From Candidatus Velthaea sp. (GTDB taxonomy: Bacteria; Vulcanimicrobiota; Vulcanimicrobiia; Vulcanimicrobiales; Vulcanimicrobiaceae), in NCBI GenBank assembly GCA_965214935.1, contig CBDCCS010000011.1, forward strand, positions 160,001-224,000: a stretch of 64,000 nucleotides of DNA, read 5' to 3'. Positions 9,789-19,865 of the stretch are shown here, in pieces. The translations under genes and the position numbers were made by a program. Positions within the stretch are counted from its first letter, which is position 1. Every line of letters starts with the position of its first letter. The notes below the pieces were generated by a model. The model saw nothing but the letters and a program-made list of their open reading frames with translations. It ran no database searches and was not told the DNA's origin.

Positions 9789-10831
9789 GCGTTCGATACC
9801 CGGCTTTCGATCGTCGTGCGTACCGGCGCGGACGGCTGGTCGGCGCCTTGCTCGTACAGAACGACGCGGCTCCCGGCTTTCTCGAAGCGGAACGGGACGT
9901 ACGTCATCGGCTCGAGCGCCTCGCGAACAGCGGCCTGACGTTCGGGCGGCACAAACAGCAAAAGAAAGCCGCCGCCGCCCGCGCCGAGAATTTTTCCGCC
10001 GATTGCGCCGGACGCAAGTGCCGTATCGTACGCCGAGTCGATTTCCGGCGTCGAGACACTCTTCGCAAGGGAACGCTTGAAGGTCCAACTGTGATGCAGC
10101 AGCCGGCCGAATTCCGCGATCGGAATGTGCGAATCGGCGAGAATCGCTTCGGCTTGCGGAACCATCAAGCCCAAAGCCGCAAGCTCGGCTTTGCGATCCT
10201 TGAAATTGCTGATGACTTCTTTTGCAATAACGGTCGCATAGCGCGAGAGTCCGGTGAAGAACAGCATGAGATGACCTTGGAGTTCCTCGACACGTGCGCG
10301 GTCGATAATGAGCGGCACGACATCGAAATCGTCTTCGGCCGAAAAGTGAACCTTATTGAAACCGCCGAACGCGGCACATACTTGGTCTTGCGAACCGACG
10401 TGCTCGCCGATGATTTCCTGCTCGATATAGATCGCGCTGCGTGCAAGTTCTTCGCGCGAGATCGAGCGACCGGATAGCGCGCGTAACGCGTGGATGAGAC
10501 CGACGGTGAATGAAGAGCTCGAACCTAAACCGGAGCGTGCGGGAAGATCGCCGTCATGATGCATTTCGAGACCGGCTTCGCAACCCGACCAGCGCAAGAC
10601 CGCGCGCGCCGACGGATGCACGATCTCGTCGACGAGGCTGACGGTCTCAATTTTCGAGTACACGATCCGGTGCTTGTACTCGAAGAACGGCGGTAGTTCG
10701 CGACACGTGATGTAGCAATACTTATTGATCGTCGTCGCCAAGACATCACCGCCGTGCTCGCGATACCAGGCCGGGTAGTCGGTTCCGCCACCGAAGAACG
10801 ATATGCGAAACGGCGTCTTGGTAATGATCAC
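9785..10831 (-). CDS. GHMP sugar kinase (HddA-like heptose-7-phosphate kinase)
   Basis: KTPFRISFFGGGTDYP, LPARSGLGSSS, GSQDQ and GGKILGAGGGGF motifs. Confidence 0.88.
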   Translation of the reverse strand: MIITKTPFRISFFGGGTDYPAWYREHGGDVLATTINKYCYITCRELPPFFEYKHRIVYSKIETVSLVDEIVHPSARAVLRWSGCEAGLEMHHDGDLPARSGLGSSSSFTVGLIHALRALSGRSISREELARSAIYIEQEIIGEHVGSQDQVCAAFGGFNKVHFSAEDDFDVVPLIIDRARVEELQGHLMLFFTGLSRYATVIAKEVISNFKDRKAELAALGLMVPQAEAILADSHIPIAEFGRLLHHSWTFKRSLAKSVSTPEIDSAYDTALASGAIGGKILGAGGGGFLLLFVPPERQAAVREALEPMTYVPFRFEKAGSRVVLYEQGADQPSAPVRTTIESRVSNA

Positions 10832-10955
10832 AGCTGTCCTTCAATCACGGCCGGCGACGCGCTCGAAATATCCGGGCGCTCATCTACCTATCGACCGAAC
10901 CCAATGCCGGCTTTACCACGACAGACCGGAGCGCGTACGGCGAGATTGCCGGACG

Positions 10956-11777
10956 CTACTCGGCGCCCAGGCACAAGGTCATTTGCGTCGCTTGCGCGGC
11001 GTTGGTGATGAGATGATGAACGATCGGGAACGACCGCGCGATGTAACGATTGAACTCGCGCAAGTTCCATTCGCGCACGTGCGTTTCATTACGCGGCGGG
11101 CCGGCGCGATATGGATCGCCGGGAGGATACACGAGGTCGCGATCGGGCGTCGAGAAGATGATCAATTTTGCGTGCAGTCCTTTGATGAACGCGACGAGTT
11201 CGTCCGGATCGAGGACATGCTCGATGACATCGGAGCAGACGACGAGATCGGGTGCGCGCAGCCCGCGATCCGATAAACGGCACTCTGCCCAGCGTCGCTG
11301 CGGATAGGCTTGCCGCAGGTAATTGACGGTTTCGAGTACGTCGAAACCGCATGTATCGTATTGCCCCATGTATTTCAACAATTTATATGCCGAACCGCAG
11401 CCGATGTCGTAGACGCTCGTGAACTGCCGGTCGCGCATGACGTTCTGTGCATACTCGTAGACCTCGCGTTGCCAGCCGTCGGTATTGACCGTGTCGTCGA
11501 AGTAGCGCACGTGGTCGCGTGCACGGTATGCGGAGTCGATGCAGTACGATTCGGCGGGTGTCGCGGTCGGCGCTATCGCGTCGTACGCGTCGGCGACCGG
11601 TTGAACGGCGGCGACCAGCTTGGCCAAACCGCAGCGCCGGCAGATGAGGCAGGCGAAGTCGAGTTCGGCGAGCGTCGTCTTCCGCTCGTGATAGCTCTCG
11701 TTACCGCATCTTTCGCAAGCAAGCTTTTGAGTCGGAAGGCCACCGGCCGAGACGCTCAAATCGATCGTGCTGCTCAT
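10956..11777 (-). CDS. class I SAM methyltransferase with an N-terminal Cys-rich (Zn-finger-like) segment
   Basis: VYDIGCGS, DLVVCSDVIEHVLDP and STPDR..HVREW motifs; CERC and CLICRRC near the N-terminus. Confidence 0.8.
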   Translation of the reverse strand: MSSTIDLSVSAGGLPTQKLACERCGNESYHERKTTLAELDFACLICRRCGLAKLVAAVQPVADAYDAIAPTATPAESYCIDSAYRARDHVRYFDDTVNTDGWQREVYEYAQNVMRDRQFTSVYDIGCGSAYKLLKYMGQYDTCGFDVLETVNYLRQAYPQRRWAECRLSDRGLRAPDLVVCSDVIEHVLDPDELVAFIKGLHAKLIIFSTPDRDLVYPPGDPYRAGPPRNETHVREWNLREFNRYIARSFPIVHHLITNAAQATQMTLCLGAE

Positions 11778-12072
11778 GCGTCGCGTCGTCTCCTTAACTG
11801 CGCGGCAATTGCGGTGTGCCGGCACGATATACTATAGTCAACCATGCATCGTCGGTGTACCCGTACGGTCTGACGCCTTTGTGTAAGCGCAGTGTCATGA
11901 TGCGGTTAACAGTCGGCTTCGCTGCGTAATGCGCGGCGAGCAATTGCCGCTACCGAACTTTAACGCAGGCCCGAGCGGTTTTTTAACCAGCCGCGGCGCA
12001 CGACCGCTCAACGCGTAGAGCCTAATTCTTGAGCGACTTTGGTTCGGCCGGCAAGAAAGCAAAGTAAGCGAC

Positions 12073-13035
12073 GTGCGATTCAATATTATTTACGGTAACC
12101 ATGGTGCAAGTCCGGTGCACATCGAAGATCTGCTCAAAATCGTCAAGTGCGGATTGACGCAAGCCGGGCATTACGTAACGTACGACAACGTCGTCATGCC
12201 TCAGGCGTGTAACGTGTTACTCGAGTGTTTCACCGATGAAACGGCCGATATGATCGTCGATGCGGCGCGCAACGGGTATACGTTTGTAACGATCGTAACG
12301 GAGTTCGTTACGGGCGATACGTTCAATAACCGCGCGAACACAAGCTTGCAAACGACGAATCCCTCGCATGACTGGTACAGCAACCACGCGGTTTGGAAGA
12401 ACCGGTTCGATACGTTCTGTAAGGTTGCTGCCGTGAGCCGGGCGATCTGGTGCGTCGCCGATGGACAGCTCGAGGGTTACCTGCGTATCACCGACCGGCG
12501 CAACGTGCACGTGCTGCCGCTGCACTATGTGGACGGATACGCAACGGTGCAACATCAGAGCGACGAAACAAAGGATATCGATTTCCTTTTCACCGGTACC
12601 TTGAACGAGCGACGCTGCGAAATTCTCGATAAATTACGTGCTGCGGGCGCTTATGTCGTCGGAGCCGCGACCAACACGCCGACCTTTATTCGTGACAATT
12701 TCATCGGACGATCGAAGATCTGTTTGAATCTCATGCAGACCGATGCATGGACCGATTACTCGTCGATTCGTTTCTATTACCACGTCATGAATAGCTCGTA
12801 TCTCGTTTCCGAGCGGGCCGCGCCGGCGCCGGGCGGCGCAAGCTTCAATCCGATGAACGCATACGTTGACATTTTTGACAAAGAGCCTTTCGTCGACATC
12901 TGTTTGGCGTTGCTCAAAGAAGCGCAATTCACGGCACGCGGCCGCCAAAAGCACGCTGCCTTTAAGCAGGCCGCCGGCGCTACGTCTCCATTTAGCAATC
13001 TGCTCGACGTCACGTTCGCCGCGTCGCACGCATAG
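12073..13035 (+). CDS. putative glycosyltransferase-like protein
   Basis: KDIDFLFTGTLNERR...RDNFIGRSKICLNL...IRFYY..LVSE resembles GT-B C-terminal domains in glycan clusters. Confidence 0.55.
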   Translation: MRFNIIYGNHGASPVHIEDLLKIVKCGLTQAGHYVTYDNVVMPQACNVLLECFTDETADMIVDAARNGYTFVTIVTEFVTGDTFNNRANTSLQTTNPSHDWYSNHAVWKNRFDTFCKVAAVSRAIWCVADGQLEGYLRITDRRNVHVLPLHYVDGYATVQHQSDETKDIDFLFTGTLNERRCEILDKLRAAGAYVVGAATNTPTFIRDNFIGRSKICLNLMQTDAWTDYSSIRFYYHVMNSSYLVSERAAPAPGGASFNPMNAYVDIFDKEPFVDICLALLKEAQFTARGRQKHAAFKQAAGATSPFSNLLDVTFAASHA

Positions 13036-14671
13036 CGGCTCGGAATGCGCGGATCTCCGCGCCGAGCGCTGCAATGACGGACTCCCAGGCGCCGTCGGCC
13101 CCTTGGCGCAGCAAGCGTAACGTCGGGTACCAGGGCGAAACGTCACCGGCCGTCAGCCAGCGCCAATCGGGCCGGTTTGAAAGCAGAACCCAGCCCGGTT
13201 TGCCTAACGCTCCGGTCAGATGAGCGACCGATGTGTCGACGCTGACGACGGCGTCGAGTTGCGCGATGATGGCCGCGGTGTCGGCGAAGTCGTTGGCGGC
13301 GGCATTGATCGGTACGAGCGGCAGCGTCGCAGACTGCTGCTCGGCGACTGCCGGCCCTTGCTGCAGCGCATACCAAGTGACGTCTGCGATGTCACGCAGC
13401 GCTTCGAGTGCTTGCAGGCCGCACGAACGGTTCTCGTTCCAGCGAAATTGCGGGCTGCCGGACCAGACGAGGCCGATACGCAGGGTGCCGTCCGGTTCGA
13501 TCGACGGACGCAGTCGCTCGATCCGTTTCGGCTCGGCAGCCAAGTACGGCACCGCAGAGAGTTGAGCCGGCTCAACGTCAAGCACCACCGGCAGACGAAT
13601 CGTCGGCAACCACAGGTCGAAACCGTCGAGCGCTGAGTCGTCATCGATCAGCGCTATTCCAAGACCGGAGAACAAATCTCGCAGCGCGGGCCGGCACGCC
13701 AGCGTAACACTGGCGCCGCGGTCCTGCACCGTTTGCAAAAAGCGCACCATTTGGATCGTGTCGCCGGCCCCTTGTTCGGGGACGACGAGGATGCGCTTAC
13801 CGGTCGGGTCCGTGCCGCTCCACATCGGCAGCTCGCGAAAGACCCGACTCGAACGGCGTTCCGCCGTTTCCCAGCCATACTGCGGCCAGCCGCTCCGGTA
13901 GTCGCCGAGCAGCAAGCGAGTCGTGCCCAAGTTGACGTGCGCGTCGAGCGATCCGCACGCGATCGCGCGCTCGAACGCCGCGAGTGCAGCAGAGTAATCT
14001 CCCGCGTGTTTCTGCGCGATGCCGAGCGTATTGTGTGCTTGCGCGTGAATCGGATCGAGTTCGAGTGCCGAACGGCAGGCCGAAATTGCTTGCGGCAGCC
14101 GGTTGAGATGCGTGTACGCCGCCGCAAGATTCGCAAAGGCGTCCGCGTGACGTTCGAGTTGCAATGCCGCCAGCGAGGCCTGCGCGGCACCGGTATAGTC
14201 GCCGTGTTGCCAGCGTGCGGCGCCGAGGGTCCGTAAAAGACCCGCATCGCGCATACCGCGCTCGAGCGCTGCACCGGCAACGGCGCAAGCTTCAGCGGTT
14301 CGTCCGAGCCGCAGTGCGACGCGGCTCAAACCGCTCAGGGTCGCCTCGGCCGTCGGGTCGAGGCGATATGCATCGTTGTACGCGGCGTACGCAGCTTCGA
14401 GGTCCGAGTCGGCTTCGTCGATCGCTGCGAGCGCGCGAAGCGTCGCCGCGTCGTTCGGCTCGATGCGCAGCGCGCGTTGAACGAGATCGCGCGCCGAGCG
14501 ACGATCGCCGGTTTGCAAAGCAACGATGCCCAGTAAGCGCCACGCCTCGGCGCGCTCCGGCTCGCGAGCCAGGACGAGTGTATAAGTGTCGATTGCTGCG
14601 GCAAAACGGCCCGCGCAGTGATGAGCGGTGCCGGCTTGCATGAGATCGGCGACGTCCGCGCCGGACATCAA
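13010..14671 (-). CDS. TPR-repeat glycosyltransferase (GT9-like C-terminus)
   Basis: Several TPR motifs, then EQGAGDTIQMVRF, IGLVWSGSP and DFADTAAIIAQLDAVVSVDTSVAHLTGALG...DWRW...SPWYP. Confidence 0.9.
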   Translation of the reverse strand: MMSGADVADLMQAGTAHHCAGRFAAAIDTYTLVLAREPERAEAWRLLGIVALQTGDRRSARDLVQRALRIEPNDAATLRALAAIDEADSDLEAAYAAYNDAYRLDPTAEATLSGLSRVALRLGRTAEACAVAGAALERGMRDAGLLRTLGAARWQHGDYTGAAQASLAALQLERHADAFANLAAAYTHLNRLPQAISACRSALELDPIHAQAHNTLGIAQKHAGDYSAALAAFERAIACGSLDAHVNLGTTRLLLGDYRSGWPQYGWETAERRSSRVFRELPMWSGTDPTGKRILVVPEQGAGDTIQMVRFLQTVQDRGASVTLACRPALRDLFSGLGIALIDDDSALDGFDLWLPTIRLPVVLDVEPAQLSAVPYLAAEPKRIERLRPSIEPDGTLRIGLVWSGSPQFRWNENRSCGLQALEALRDIADVTWYALQQGPAVAEQQSATLPLVPINAAANDFADTAAIIAQLDAVVSVDTSVAHLTGALGKPGWVLLSNRPDWRWLTAGDVSPWYPTLRLLRQGADGAWESVIAALGAEIRAFRAAMRATRRT

Positions 14672-14686
14672 AGGATCGCGGCCGTT

Positions 14687-15457
14687 CTAGTCGACGATGA
14701 TATAATCGATTGTTGCCGCGCTGTGCGATTCACGAATCGTGGCGCGCTTGGTATCGTACGGAACGATCCGGTACGTATTGCCGGATTCGGCGACGAGCAT
14801 GCGTTCGATCGAGGTCGCCGCGTGCTGTTCCCACTCTTGCGGCTGTGCGGTGTCGCTCGCGCGATCGTAATGTTTGCACCGGACGCCGGCATGAACGGCA
14901 ACGCGCCAACCCGCACGGCGCACGCTTTCGCAGAAGAGATAATCTTCGTTACATACACGAACGCGTGCCGCAAGCTCCTCAACGTAGACCTGCGTGTTGA
15001 AATACGGCGCCGGCATGCTGCGCAGAGCGCCGACGCGGATTGCGACGCAACCGAATCCGACGACATCGCAGTACGTCAAACCATCGCGAAATGCGGGAAT
15101 AGCAGCAGTCGTCGTATCGGCGGATTGCCAATGGTCGGCGATCATGGGATGAACGCCGTCGCGCGAATAGTACAGCGCGCCGACGACCGCTAATTGCGCG
15201 TCGCTCTGCAGCGCGTCGAGCATTGTTTCGAGCGCATCGGGCGGCACGATCATGTCATCGTCGAGCATGACGAGAACGTCGGCGTTGCTTGCCGTAGCAC
15301 GCCGCGCTGCAAGCTCGCGTTGTCCCGGGACGAAATTCCCCTCGACGGTCAGTGTGTCGAAGGCGGCAATGCCGTCAGGTAATCGAAGCGCGCGAAGCGA
15401 GGCGAGAAACGGCGCAGCCGGATGGCCGCCGGTCGGCAAAGCCAATAAAACGTTCAT
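14687..15457 (-). CDS. glycosyltransferase family 2-like protein
   Basis: VMLDDD (DxD), GFGCVAI and NEDYLFC motifs. Confidence 0.75.
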   Translation of the reverse strand: MNVLLALPTGGHPAAPFLASLRALRLPDGIAAFDTLTVEGNFVPGQRELAARRATASNADVLVMLDDDMIVPPDALETMLDALQSDAQLAVVGALYYSRDGVHPMIADHWQSADTTTAAIPAFRDGLTYCDVVGFGCVAIRVGALRSMPAPYFNTQVYVEELAARVRVCNEDYLFCESVRRAGWRVAVHAGVRCKHYDRASDTAQPQEWEQHAATSIERMLVAESGNTYRIVPYDTKRATIRESHSAATIDYIIVD

Positions 15458-17166
15458 TCGAGTGCCCGGCTCAACGCGGCGAGCACGGTACGCGCGGCGT
15501 CGTCGAATGCAACGTCGGTCGCTTTAAACAAGTCGGGCGTTCCTTCGAGCTTAGCGCGCAGAAAGATGCGGCTGATAATACCCGTTGCAAGCGCCGCGTA
15601 GGCGGTGAGCGCGACGCCGACCTGCGCGCGCCGGCTATTGTCGGCGAGCACGGCATCGTTTGCCCCCAGCCCGACGAAAAGTTGCGACGCGCGCATGAAC
15701 GCCGTGGCCCGATCGTTCGAGAGCATACGCTGCACGAATACGACTTCAGTGGGCCGGAACGCGCGAAATAATAAGAGTTGGCCCGGCGGCGGCGCAGCGA
15801 CCGAGCGCCGTTCGGAGTGCACCGGCAATGCCGGAGGAAACGCCGGCAACACGGCGCCGAGGCTTTCAGCCGACGGCGACTTGCCCAGCCGGGTGGCGAT
15901 CAACGCACGCGACAACAGCTGTTCCTGGTCCGCGACGAAATTTGCGATCGTCGCGTCAGCTCCGTCGCCGGGAAGCGGGTCGCGGGTTGCCAGCGCGTTA
16001 AGGACGAGATAGTGCGCGAGCATACCGAAACTCGGACCGCCGAAAAGTGCACCGAGCGTTGCTAGCCGTTTGCGGTCGAAACGAACGCACAGAATCGGCC
16101 CGCCCTGACCGGCAAACGCGATGCCTTCGTCGTGCGAGCGAACGACTTCGATGGTCGGCCGCGCCGGCACGGCCGGCGTGCGAGCAGCGCGTTTTGCCGC
16201 TGGTTTCGGCTCTGCTTTCGAGCCGCGCGGTCGCGGCGCAGTCTTTGCCTCGCTCGCGCGTTTGCCGGCCGATTTGGATTTGACCGTCGGCACCGATGCG
16301 ATCCCCGCGTCGGTAGCAACGGCGGAGGTAGCCGCGGCCGCGTCATGCGCTGCATCGGGCGCGCCCGGCGGCCGGATCGAGCGCGGCTGCTTGAGATTCG
16401 TGAGTGCCGGCGCCGGCGGCGTTGCCGAACCGAGCGGTGTTACTCGCGGGTGAGCGCGGCGCGACGCCGGTTTTGGCGCGTTCGGCGGTGCGGGCATTTC
16501 GGTCGGCTGTAACGCGGCGACCGACGCGAGCGGAAGCGGGTCGAGCGGCTCGACCCGATGTTCGTCGTCATCGCTTTCATAGAACGGACGCGGAACGGCC
16601 GCGATGCGTCCGACCGGCGCTCGCAGCAGCCGCATTGCACGTAAACCCAATACCGCTGCCGCCGGCGCCGCCAGATGCGGCGTTAAGGTGATGTCCGCGA
16701 TGCCCGCCTCGATTGCAAGTTTCAAGCTCACGGTGCGGCGCGTGCCCGGTTCGATCGGAGCAAATTCCGCGCCGTCGGCAAGCAGCTCGGCCGCACTGTC
16801 ATCGGACCCGGCGACGCCGTCGACGCTCAAGCTGCCGGGACGATAGAGCGTCGCCAGCGGCAGCGGTAGGCTGAGCCGGACGCCTTTGGATCGGACGTCG
16901 CCGTCGTTTGTAATCGAGACGGAGACCGTCACGAGCGCGCCCGGAATCAAGCCGCTCCGCGGCTGCGCGTTGACGGCAGCGATGAGGATCGTCCCGCTCG
17001 CAACGTAGGGATCGACGTCATCGGGCTGCGCGCCGTCGCTCGAATCCGGATCGGTATACGAGGTCGTGCCGATGACGTGTCGCGGCACGCCGAGCGCTTC
17101 GCGCTGCAATTCGAGCAGGCGCATATCGGCATTGCGGTCGTAGCGTTCGTCGTTCACGGTAGCCAC
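15454..17166 (-). CDS. DUF11-like Ig domain protein with a Pro/Ala/Lys-rich linker and a helical C-terminal domain
   Basis: PGALVTVSVSITNDG...LPLPLATLYRPGSLSVDG resembles the DUF11 conserved repeat; low-complexity middle section. Confidence 0.55.
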   Translation of the reverse strand: MATVNDERYDRNADMRLLELQREALGVPRHVIGTTSYTDPDSSDGAQPDDVDPYVASGTILIAAVNAQPRSGLIPGALVTVSVSITNDGDVRSKGVRLSLPLPLATLYRPGSLSVDGVAGSDDSAAELLADGAEFAPIEPGTRRTVSLKLAIEAGIADITLTPHLAAPAAAVLGLRAMRLLRAPVGRIAAVPRPFYESDDDEHRVEPLDPLPLASVAALQPTEMPAPPNAPKPASRRAHPRVTPLGSATPPAPALTNLKQPRSIRPPGAPDAAHDAAAATSAVATDAGIASVPTVKSKSAGKRASEAKTAPRPRGSKAEPKPAAKRAARTPAVPARPTIEVVRSHDEGIAFAGQGGPILCVRFDRKRLATLGALFGGPSFGMLAHYLVLNALATRDPLPGDGADATIANFVADQEQLLSRALIATRLGKSPSAESLGAVLPAFPPALPVHSERRSVAAPPPGQLLLFRAFRPTEVVFVQRMLSNDRATAFMRASQLFVGLGANDAVLADNSRRAQVGVALTAYAALATGIISRIFLRAKLEGTPDLFKATDVAFDDAARTVLAALSRALE

Positions 17167-18095
17167 GCCAGAAAACGTGCGAAAAACGTTTGCTGCGCCG
17201 GTCGCACATCGACGAGGACATCGCCTGAAACGGAGTGCACGGCGCCGCCCAACCGGATGCCGGTCTTCATGCCGCGCGCGCGCAGCGCTGCAACGACATG
17301 GTCCATGCGCACCATCTCGGCGCCGCGATCGGCGGCCTCGATCATCGCGCTACGTACGACGTTCGTCAAGCGTCGAGGCAAACCGCCGCCCGCACCAATC
17401 GCGCGTTCGAGCGCGTCGGAAGAAAAGACTTCGACCATCGGCATCTTTCCCGCTCGCATCAAGCGATGTTCGATGAGCGCGGCACTCGCCGGACCGTCGA
17501 GCGGTTCGAGTCGCACGTACGTGTCGACCCGATCGTTAAAATTTTCGCGTGCTTCGATAAGCTCGGCGAGTTCGTCTTGGCCGAACAGGATGAGGTTGAG
17601 CAGCTTCTTCTGCGGAATTTGGAAATTCAGCAGCAGGCGCAGCGTTTCTAAGCCGTCGACGGAGATGTTTTGCGCCTCGTCGATGAGCAGAACGAGGGTA
17701 CGCTTTTCGACGACGACGGCATCGAAGAAGAAGTTCTTGAGTGCGTTCTTGAGTACCGAACTCGAGCGCGATTTAAGGCTCAAGCCGAAGATGCGTCCGA
17801 TCGCAAGCAAAAATTCAACGTCGTTGCCGAACGTCGGGTCGAGAATTTTACCGATGATGACGTTTTCGTCGGCGAGCAGCACTTGCTCGATGCTCGATGA
17901 TAACGACGTTTTGCCGGCACCCGGCGGCCCGATGACGACGGTCAGACCGCGCGATTCTTCAACTCCGGTCAACACTCGTCGCAGGTTGCGCCGAACGGCC
18001 GGCAATTCAAGAAAAAATTGCGGATCGGATGTATCCAAAAATGGATCGCGCTGCAAACCAAAATGTTGATAGTACCGTAGCATCTCATCGTGCAT
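17154..18095 (-). CDS. ExeA/GspA-like AAA ATPase
   Basis: YYQHFGLQRDPF N-terminus, Walker A GPPGAGKTS, Walker B LLIDEAQ, LILFGQDEL and GGLPRRL. Confidence 0.85.
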   Translation of the reverse strand: MHDEMLRYYQHFGLQRDPFLDTSDPQFFLELPAVRRNLRRVLTGVEESRGLTVVIGPPGAGKTSLSSSIEQVLLADENVIIGKILDPTFGNDVEFLLAIGRIFGLSLKSRSSSVLKNALKNFFFDAVVVEKRTLVLLIDEAQNISVDGLETLRLLLNFQIPQKKLLNLILFGQDELAELIEARENFNDRVDTYVRLEPLDGPASAALIEHRLMRAGKMPMVEVFSSDALERAIGAGGGLPRRLTNVVRSAMIEAADRGAEMVRMDHVVAALRARGMKTGIRLGGAVHSVSGDVLVDVRPAQQTFFARFLAWLP

Positions 18096-18443
18096 TCCAT
18101 GCAGATGGTCGAAGTCTTAGCTCGACAACGAATCGTGCAGAAACATAACTAAGCGACGGCTGCGCTGCGCGTGCAATCGAATTGTAAGCATTGAGAAAGA
18201 TCAACGCTAAGAAAAAAATTAGCTGGAACGCAGCGCGTTACGAAGTGCGTGCATGTGGGGAAACGCACGACGGTAATTCGCCCGGCGCGACGGATCGGCG
18301 CCGGCGCTTGCGTCGATTTCCGTTATTGTTTGCCGGATCGAACGGCTTGAGTGCCGCAGCGGGTTAAGCAGCTAACGCCCGGTGACTGCGCGTCCGAATC
18401 ACAAGCATGAACGGCGGCGCGGCCGCAGCGGAGCGAAGAGAGC

Positions 18444-19865
18444 TTGATGCGCAGCACGGATAGTCACCGACATCGCAGGACCGCCGTTCGGACGGCGGTT
18501 GCGCCGGACGCGAACGCTTTGACCGATAGCGCCGTACGGTTGCGTGCCGCTCGCAAGTTCGTTGAAGCCGGCGAGATGTTTGCCGAAATCGCGACGCTCG
18601 TGCCGTATGAATACATCGCACAGTACAACAGCGGCGCGGCTTGGCTCGAGGCCGACCGCAGCACTGACGCCGCGCGTGCATTCGAACGCGCGATCGCACT
18701 CAAGCCATCGGCTAATGTCTACACGGTCTATGCACACGCCCTCGCGTTGTGCGGTAACATCGGCGCGGCCCGCCGCGCCTACGAACGTGCGTTGACGTTC
18801 GCACCCCACGACTTCGATGCGAACTGGGGTTTGTTCGAGGTCAATCAGCTGCTCGACGATCAGGTTGCGGCGCTCAACCATCAACGCATTGCGTTACAAC
18901 AACGTTCGCTGCTCTCATTCGAAGCGCGAGTCGTGCCGGCGCGTTTCACGATTCTCGAACTATGCATCGCCGGTTCGTTTCAAGCAAACATACCGCTCGA
19001 CTTCATCTTGAATCGCGATAGCATTACGGTGCATAAGCTGTATCTCGGGCACGACGCGCTGCCGGCGTTGCCGCCGTACGACATCGTTTTCAACACCATC
19101 GCCGATGCGCCGAACGCCGGCCGGGCGCTGGCCGCCGCTGAACTTTTCATCGCCGGGCAAGACCGCCCGTCGCTCAACGCACCCTCGCTGGTTCCGGCGA
19201 CGGCTCGCGACTGCATCGCCGAACGTTTTGCGCACTCGGCATCCGTAGCCGTCGCACGAACGGTGCCGGTGACACGCAGCGCCGTGCCGTCCATTTCGTT
19301 CGCTACTCCGTTTCTCATTCGGCCGCTCGACTCACATGCCGGCAGAGATCTTGCCAAAATCGACACTAACTTCGAGTTGCAGCAGTATCTCGCGCAAACA
19401 CCCGACGTGCACGAATTTTTCGTATCGCAATTCATCGATTACCGCGACGCCGACGGTTTTTACCGAAAGTATCGGATCGTATTCGTCGACGGAGTTGCGT
19501 ATCCGGTGCACATGGCCGTCTCGCCGCGCTGGATGATTCACTATTACAACGCACCGATGGCCGAGAACGCCTGGATGCGTGCCGAGGAATGCGCGTTCAT
19601 GACGGATATCAACACCCGCTTCACCGGCGTTTTAGCCGAGGCGTTACAAGAAATCGCCGCAGCGATTCGGCTGGATTATTTCGGCATCGATTGCGCGATT
19701 GCACCCGACGGACGTCTGCTGCTATTCGAGGCGTCGACTGCCAATATCGTTCACCTGCGGGATCCGGTCGACGTCTATCCCTACAAGGCGCAGTTCGTGC
19801 CGCGCATCGTCGCTGCGCTCGAGCGTATGATCGAAACGCGCGTACGACGCGGTCTTGCCCGGTAG
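18444..19865 (+). CDS. TPR-repeat ATP-grasp (RimK/GshB-like) protein
   Basis: N-terminal TPRs; FLIRPLDSHAG, SQFIDY..DGFYRKYRIVFVDG and LDYFGIDC...LLFEA are ATP-grasp motifs. Start uncertain. Confidence 0.75.
   Translation: MMRSTDSHRHRRTAVRTAVAPDANALTDSAVRLRAARKFVEAGEMFAEIATLVPYEYIAQYNSGAAWLEADRSTDAARAFERAIALKPSANVYTVYAHALALCGNIGAARRAYERALTFAPHDFDANWGLFEVNQLLDDQVAALNHQRIALQQRSLLSFEARVVPARFTILELCIAGSFQANIPLDFILNRDSITVHKLYLGHDALPALPPYDIVFNTIADAPNAGRALAAAELFIAGQDRPSLNAPSLVPATARDCIAERFAHSASVAVARTVPVTRSAVPSISFATPFLIRPLDSHAGRDLAKIDTNFELQQYLAQTPDVHEFFVSQFIDYRDADGFYRKYRIVFVDGVAYPVHMAVSPRWMIHYYNAPMAENAWMRAEECAFMTDINTRFTGVLAEALQEIAAAIRLDYFGIDCAIAPDGRLLLFEASTANIVHLRDPVDVYPYKAQFVPRIVAALERMIETRVRRGLAR

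Noticed and set aside
18096..18443. Possible riboswitch or sRNA in the 350-bp divergent intergenic region
   Set aside because: Only short hairpins and an A-tract are visible, with no riboswitch consensus I can recognise; an Infernal/Rfam scan would be needed
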